From contig JAGREB010000035.1 of assembly GCA_020446775.1 (NCBI GenBank), positions 1 to 57,720 of the forward strand: a stretch of DNA of 57,720 nt, in the 5' to 3' direction. Shown piece after piece: positions 54,355-57,720 of the stretch (position 1 is the stretch's first letter; each line of letters starts with the position of its first letter). The notes beneath the pieces are model-generated. The model searched no databases. It was given only the letters and a program-made list of their open reading frames with translations, and was not told the origin of the DNA. This stretch comes from Paracoccaceae bacterium (GTDB lineage: Bacteria > Pseudomonadota > Alphaproteobacteria > Rhodospirillales > Rhodospirillaceae). Position numbers and translations under genes: made by a program.

Positions 54355-55422
54355 ATGCAATCGAAATTCGTTTACTCCACTTCGCAATCCGCCGCACCAA
54401 TGATCAAGTCAGAATTGCTCGCCGCATTGCGTGGAGGCCTCGCCGATCAAACGGTCATGACGGCGGCAGAAAACATAGTGACGGGGGGATTGGAGCGCAC
54501 GGCCGAGGATATCGAACTCGCATTGCTGTTCGCGCAAGCCGCCTGGATCGCCGACCAGCGCAATCCCATAGCCACGCGCGCACGCGATGCCGCGCAAGCC
54601 GTGATCGCGGCCGTGCCCACTTTGGCCGATGGGTACCGCTGGCTCGGTTTCGCGCATTTGAGCCGTGGCGAGTACCGCGAAGCCTTCACGGCCCTTTCGG
54701 CAGTGAAAGCCGTACCCGGCGAAGCCAACTTCGACAATTTCCGGGCGCTGGCCCAAAACCTGATGCTCGGGAGGACCGAGGCAGGCTTTAAGTGGAACGA
54801 TACGGACTATGTTTTTCCGCTCAGCTGCCACAATGCCGCAGCGATCGAAGCCGGTGCGTTCCATAGCGTCGGGGTGTTGACGGAAACGGACGAGTTGCAA
54901 GCCTTGGCGCGTTGCGCGGCGGGCCGGCCGATCGAGCAAATCGCCGAAATCGGCGTCTTGATCGGCAATCATACCGCCTTCATGCTGCACACGTTTCATC
55001 CCGATCACCTCGTACTGATCGATGCCGATCCCGCCAACATTCCGTTGATCGAAAAAACCGTCCGCATGAATACGCCCGCCAACACCGCGCCGATTGTCGA
55101 AACCGTTACCGCGTTCGTGGGCCGCGGCGGCGCCGACGTTTCCTTTGCCGGAGAAATGGTGCCGCATCGCCGCTTATGCGATCTGGTGACCGGACCGGTC
55201 GATCTGATCAAGATCGATGTCGACGGGGCGGAAATCGAGCTTCTCAACGCGGGCGGCGACCCCATCGAGCGCCACCGTCCCCTGACATTGATCGAAACGA
55301 CGCCGTCCAGCGATGCCCCGGTCGTCGAGTGGTTCACATCGCGCGGGTTTTCATGCGCGGCGATGTTCGACCACGGATCGTACCGCAACCGCATCATGGT
55401 GGCGGGGGACGCCGCGCCGTGA
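54355..55422 (+). CDS. FkbM-family methyltransferase with an N-terminal helical (TPR-like) region
   Basis: The C-terminal half EIGVLIGNHTAFML...LIDADPANIPLIEKTVRMN...VDLIKIDVDGAEIELL is the FkbM (Methyltransf_21) pattern. The start is uncertain (54301, 54355 or 54400). Confidence 0.7.
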   Translation: MQSKFVYSTSQSAAPMIKSELLAALRGGLADQTVMTAAENIVTGGLERTAEDIELALLFAQAAWIADQRNPIATRARDAAQAVIAAVPTLADGYRWLGFAHLSRGEYREAFTALSAVKAVPGEANFDNFRALAQNLMLGRTEAGFKWNDTDYVFPLSCHNAAAIEAGAFHSVGVLTETDELQALARCAAGRPIEQIAEIGVLIGNHTAFMLHTFHPDHLVLIDADPANIPLIEKTVRMNTPANTAPIVETVTAFVGRGGADVSFAGEMVPHRRLCDLVTGPVDLIKIDVDGAEIELLNAGGDPIERHRPLTLIETTPSSDAPVVEWFTSRGFSCAAMFDHGSYRNRIMVAGDAAP

Positions 55423-56474
55423 CGGAGCCAACACAAGTTTTCAGCCCGCAAGTCTTGAAGGCGGCCTTTGCCGACGGCGTCTACGTGTTCTGCCCGGAGA
55501 AAATCCCAACGCACAATGCCGGGTGCCTGATCGAAGGCCTGTTGGCGATGGGCATACCGGTTAAAACCAACGCCGAACGCATCACTTCGCGCGAAGCCTC
55601 GATGCCGCTGAAGGGCATCGATCTGGCATCGCTGCGCGCGCCGATGTTCGACGGTATGGCGGCCTACCTGCTCGATATCACGCACACCAATCATTACGCG
55701 GAGGTCTCGGGTCTGCGCGGCAAGCGCGTGGCTTATCTGACCACGGCCGACACCAGCTTGTTCTGCAAAGTGCCCGACGACGTCCTGCTGTTTTCGACCC
55801 ATGAAAGCGCGCTCGCGCGCATGAGCGGGCGGCGGGCGGCAATCGGATTTGGCTTGAGCGCGGCGGCGATTGCCGCAACCGCCGTGGCCAAACCGTTCGC
55901 CGAGCGCAAACGCGCCGCGTTGCGCAATTTTCGCGCCACCCTCAGCCAAAGCGTGCGTGCGATGCTCGACCTCGCGTTCGTCCCGGCACTGGAAGCGCGC
56001 ATGACCATCGACCGTACGGATTATGACGCGGCGGCTTATGTTCAAGCGTTGTGCGAAAGCCAAGTATGTTTAGCCTACGGCGGCGATTTCTTCGCCGCGT
56101 TGCAGACCAATCTCTATCTCGCGAAATCCCAGCCGCAGGTCTACGCGAATCACAAATTCCAGGATTTGAAAGCACCGGCGGTCGTGATGCGCTGGGACAG
56201 CTGGCGTTTTTGGGAAAGCCTCGCCGCCGGTTGTCTGACGGTGCAACTCGATTTCGATAAATACGGGTTCAAATTGCCGGTCATGCCCGAGCCCTGGGTG
56301 CACTACGTGCCGCTCGACCTCGGCAATCTCAACGGTTCCCTAGAACAGATGTTCGACCGCGAAAAAGAATGGCCGGAGATCGCCGCGCGGGGGCGGACTT
56401 GGGCGCTTGACCACTATGCGCCGGCCCCCACGGCTGCCTACATGCTGGGCGAAATTCTCGCGGCTTATCCCTGA
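55419..56474 (+). CDS. hypothetical protein with an exostosin/CgeB-like glycosyltransferase C-terminal motif
   Basis: GTG at 55419 overlaps the FkbM stop (GTGA). The ORF track start at 54912 is read-through. YVQALCESQVCLAYGGD...WRFWESLAAGCLTVQLD...WVHYVPLD resembles the GT-B C-terminal block Y..l..S.fCL.p.G....R..Eal..GC.PV. The functional call is weak. Confidence 0.45.
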   Translation: MTEPTQVFSPQVLKAAFADGVYVFCPEKIPTHNAGCLIEGLLAMGIPVKTNAERITSREASMPLKGIDLASLRAPMFDGMAAYLLDITHTNHYAEVSGLRGKRVAYLTTADTSLFCKVPDDVLLFSTHESALARMSGRRAAIGFGLSAAAIAATAVAKPFAERKRAALRNFRATLSQSVRAMLDLAFVPALEARMTIDRTDYDAAAYVQALCESQVCLAYGGDFFAALQTNLYLAKSQPQVYANHKFQDLKAPAVVMRWDSWRFWESLAAGCLTVQLDFDKYGFKLPVMPEPWVHYVPLDLGNLNGSLEQMFDREKEWPEIAARGRTWALDHYAPAPTAAYMLGEILAAYP

Positions 56475-56477
56475 CGC

Positions 56478-57720
56478 TTACGCAACATCGGGCGTGTAGT
56501 GGGTCTTGAGGCTCGAGACCAAATCCTCGAAAGCGACGGTCTGCACACGCGGGTCTTCCTTACGCAACAACCCCGCCATCGGGTCGGTAATCACGTTCAG
56601 CACCACTGGACGGTCGGCGGCAAAGGCCATCTTCATGGCCGGCGCAAGGTCGCCCGGATTTTCGATCCGCCGGCCGATGGCGCCGTAGGCTTCGCCGATC
56701 AGGTGATAATCGCAGTGCCCGAGTTCGCAATTCACATGGCCACCGAAGGCCTTGATATGACCGTGCTTCTCGGTCCCCCAGCCGCCGTCGTTGGAGATGA
56801 TGCAGATCAAGCGCAATCCCGCCAGCGCCGCGCCGTTGAATTCGCTTGAATAAAACCCGAACGCGCCGTCGCCGGTGACCAGTACCGTCGGCCGAGCTTG
56901 CTTGCCGGTCAGCGCCGCCTCTTCCTTGGCCCAGGTCGCCGCGCCCATGGCCAATGGCGTACCGGTCCCCATGGACCCGTACGGATAGTGATCCATGAAC
57001 GCGCGCTCGGATCGAACGCGCAGGATGGCGTGCATCCAGTTTTGAATATCGGCACCGTCGCCGACATAGATCGCGTCCTCGGGCATCTCCTTCATCAACG
57101 CGCGCGCAATGGCGTAAGGATGCATCGGCGTCTTGTCGCCGTAACCCAGTTCTTCGATACGCGCGAGCCGCGGCGCGATGGCGTCATTGACCCATCCTGC
57201 ACCGCCGGCTTTGACGCCGAGGCGCGCAAGCTCGGCGGTGATCGCTTCGACCGTCAGGCGCGCATCGGCGGCGATCGGCACGTCGATGACGCGATTGCGA
57301 TGCAATTCCTCGGCCTGAACGTCGATCTGGATGAACTTTGCGTCCTTGGCAAATCGCGGCGGCAAACCGAACCCGACTCTTTGAGTCAAACGGCAGCCAA
57401 CCACCAACACGACATCGGCTTGCTTGGCGGCGGGCTGCGCCAGCGGCCAGGAGAAACCAAGATCGAGATCTTCCGGCACCAACCCACGCGCAAGCGCGTT
57501 GGCGAGCACGGGAATCTTGTAATCGGTCGCAAGCTTGCGCAGCGCAGCGCCCGACATGGCCGCGCCGGATCCGGCCAGGATCATCGGCCGCTTGGCACCG
57601 GCAAGCAAATCGGCGGCACGTTTCACCGCATCGGCCGACGGCCCGGCGGGAACGGGAATAGTCAGCGGATAGTCGACGCGCTCGGTCTGATCGAGCGCGC
57701 GCGCTTCCCAGCCGTTGGGA
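56478..57720 (-). CDS. thiamine diphosphate-dependent enzyme (acetolactate synthase/oxalyl-CoA decarboxylase-like); 5' end outside the window
   Basis: The ThDP-binding motif is VTGDGAFGFYSSEFNGAALAGLRLICIISNDGGWG. The ORF track starts at 57626, but the frame stays open to nt 57720 (..NGWEARALDQTERVDYPLTIPVPAGPSADAVKRAADLL..) and the N-terminal PYR domain is missing, so the gene continues beyond the window. Confidence 0.85.
   Translation of the reverse strand, partial: PNGWEARALDQTERVDYPLTIPVPAGPSADAVKRAADLLAGAKRPMILAGSGAAMSGAALRKLATDYKIPVLANALARGLVPEDLDLGFSWPLAQPAAKQADVVLVVGCRLTQRVGFGLPPRFAKDAKFIQIDVQAEELHRNRVIDVPIAADARLTVEAITAELARLGVKAGGAGWVNDAIAPRLARIEELGYGDKTPMHPYAIARALMKEMPEDAIYVGDGADIQNWMHAILRVRSERAFMDHYPYGSMGTGTPLAMGAATWAKEEAALTGKQARPTVLVTGDGAFGFYSSEFNGAALAGLRLICIISNDGGWGTEKHGHIKAFGGHVNCELGHCDYHLIGEAYGAIGRRIENPGDLAPAMKMAFAADRPVVLNVITDPMAGLLRKEDPRVQTVAFEDLVSSLKTHYTPDVA

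Noticed and set aside
1-57720. Mobile elements, prophage genes, toxin-antitoxin pairs, defence systems, CRISPR-Cas, rRNA and tRNA genes.
   Set aside because: I looked for transposase, integrase, recombinase and Cas-like motifs, and for structured RNA hallmarks, in the ORF set and in the intergenic regions. I found none. The low-GC EPS block has no visible integration scars.

Overview
This 57.7-kb window comes from a GC-rich, probably alphaproteobacterial, chromosome. It is densely coding. I recognise no rRNA, tRNA, CRISPR array, transposase or integrase.

Nt 1 to about 32.4 kb is an exosortase A (XrtA)/PEP-CTERM-type exopolysaccharide (EPS) locus.
- One minus-strand gene run holds a Wza-like exporter, chain-length determinant, tyrosine autokinase, TIGR03016-like outer-membrane barrel, ExeA-like ATPase, deacetylase and FemAB protein.
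- A convergent plus-strand unit holds an exosortase-EpsI fusion and an AsnB-type amidotransferase.
- Around these lie a Wzx flippase, an exosortase-associated O-antigen-ligase-like gene, one GT2 and three GT4-type glycosyltransferases, two further deacetylase-fold genes, two further CelD/FemAB-like genes and a partial pyruvyl transferase.
- cysD-cysNC is embedded in the locus.
- In lines I hand-counted, nt 1 to about 28 kb is roughly 42-62% GC, mostly near 50%, against roughly 57-63% for the rest.

Downstream come egtB-egtD (ergothioneine), a KgtP-like permease, and modABC with a Mop-less ModE-like regulator and a perfect Mo-box. After these are an AmpG-like MFS transporter, a GNAT-nitrilase fusion, an acyl-CoA dehydrogenase, msrA, a VOC protein, an SDR and a GPH symporter. 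The window ends with a Dabb protein plus two tandem carbon-nitrogen hydrolases, a Sel1 protein, a GST, an orphan TRAP binding protein, a MoaD/ThiS-like gene coupled to a BNR propeller, an FkbM methyltransferase plus a glycosyltransferase-like gene, and a partial ThDP enzyme.

The most interesting items are:
1. Two tandem paralogous proteins with Tat-type signals (6972-10971) that I cannot assign to any family. They sit between the flippase and the ligase-like gene, and one carries an extensin-like poly-proline linker.
2. A beta-grasp protein ending GG-DN that is translationally coupled to a cytoplasmic BNR propeller (52919-54296).
3. The tandem nitrilase-superfamily pair, in which the second copy appears to have Arg in place of the catalytic Lys.

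All family assignments come from motif recognition by eye. No database search was run.
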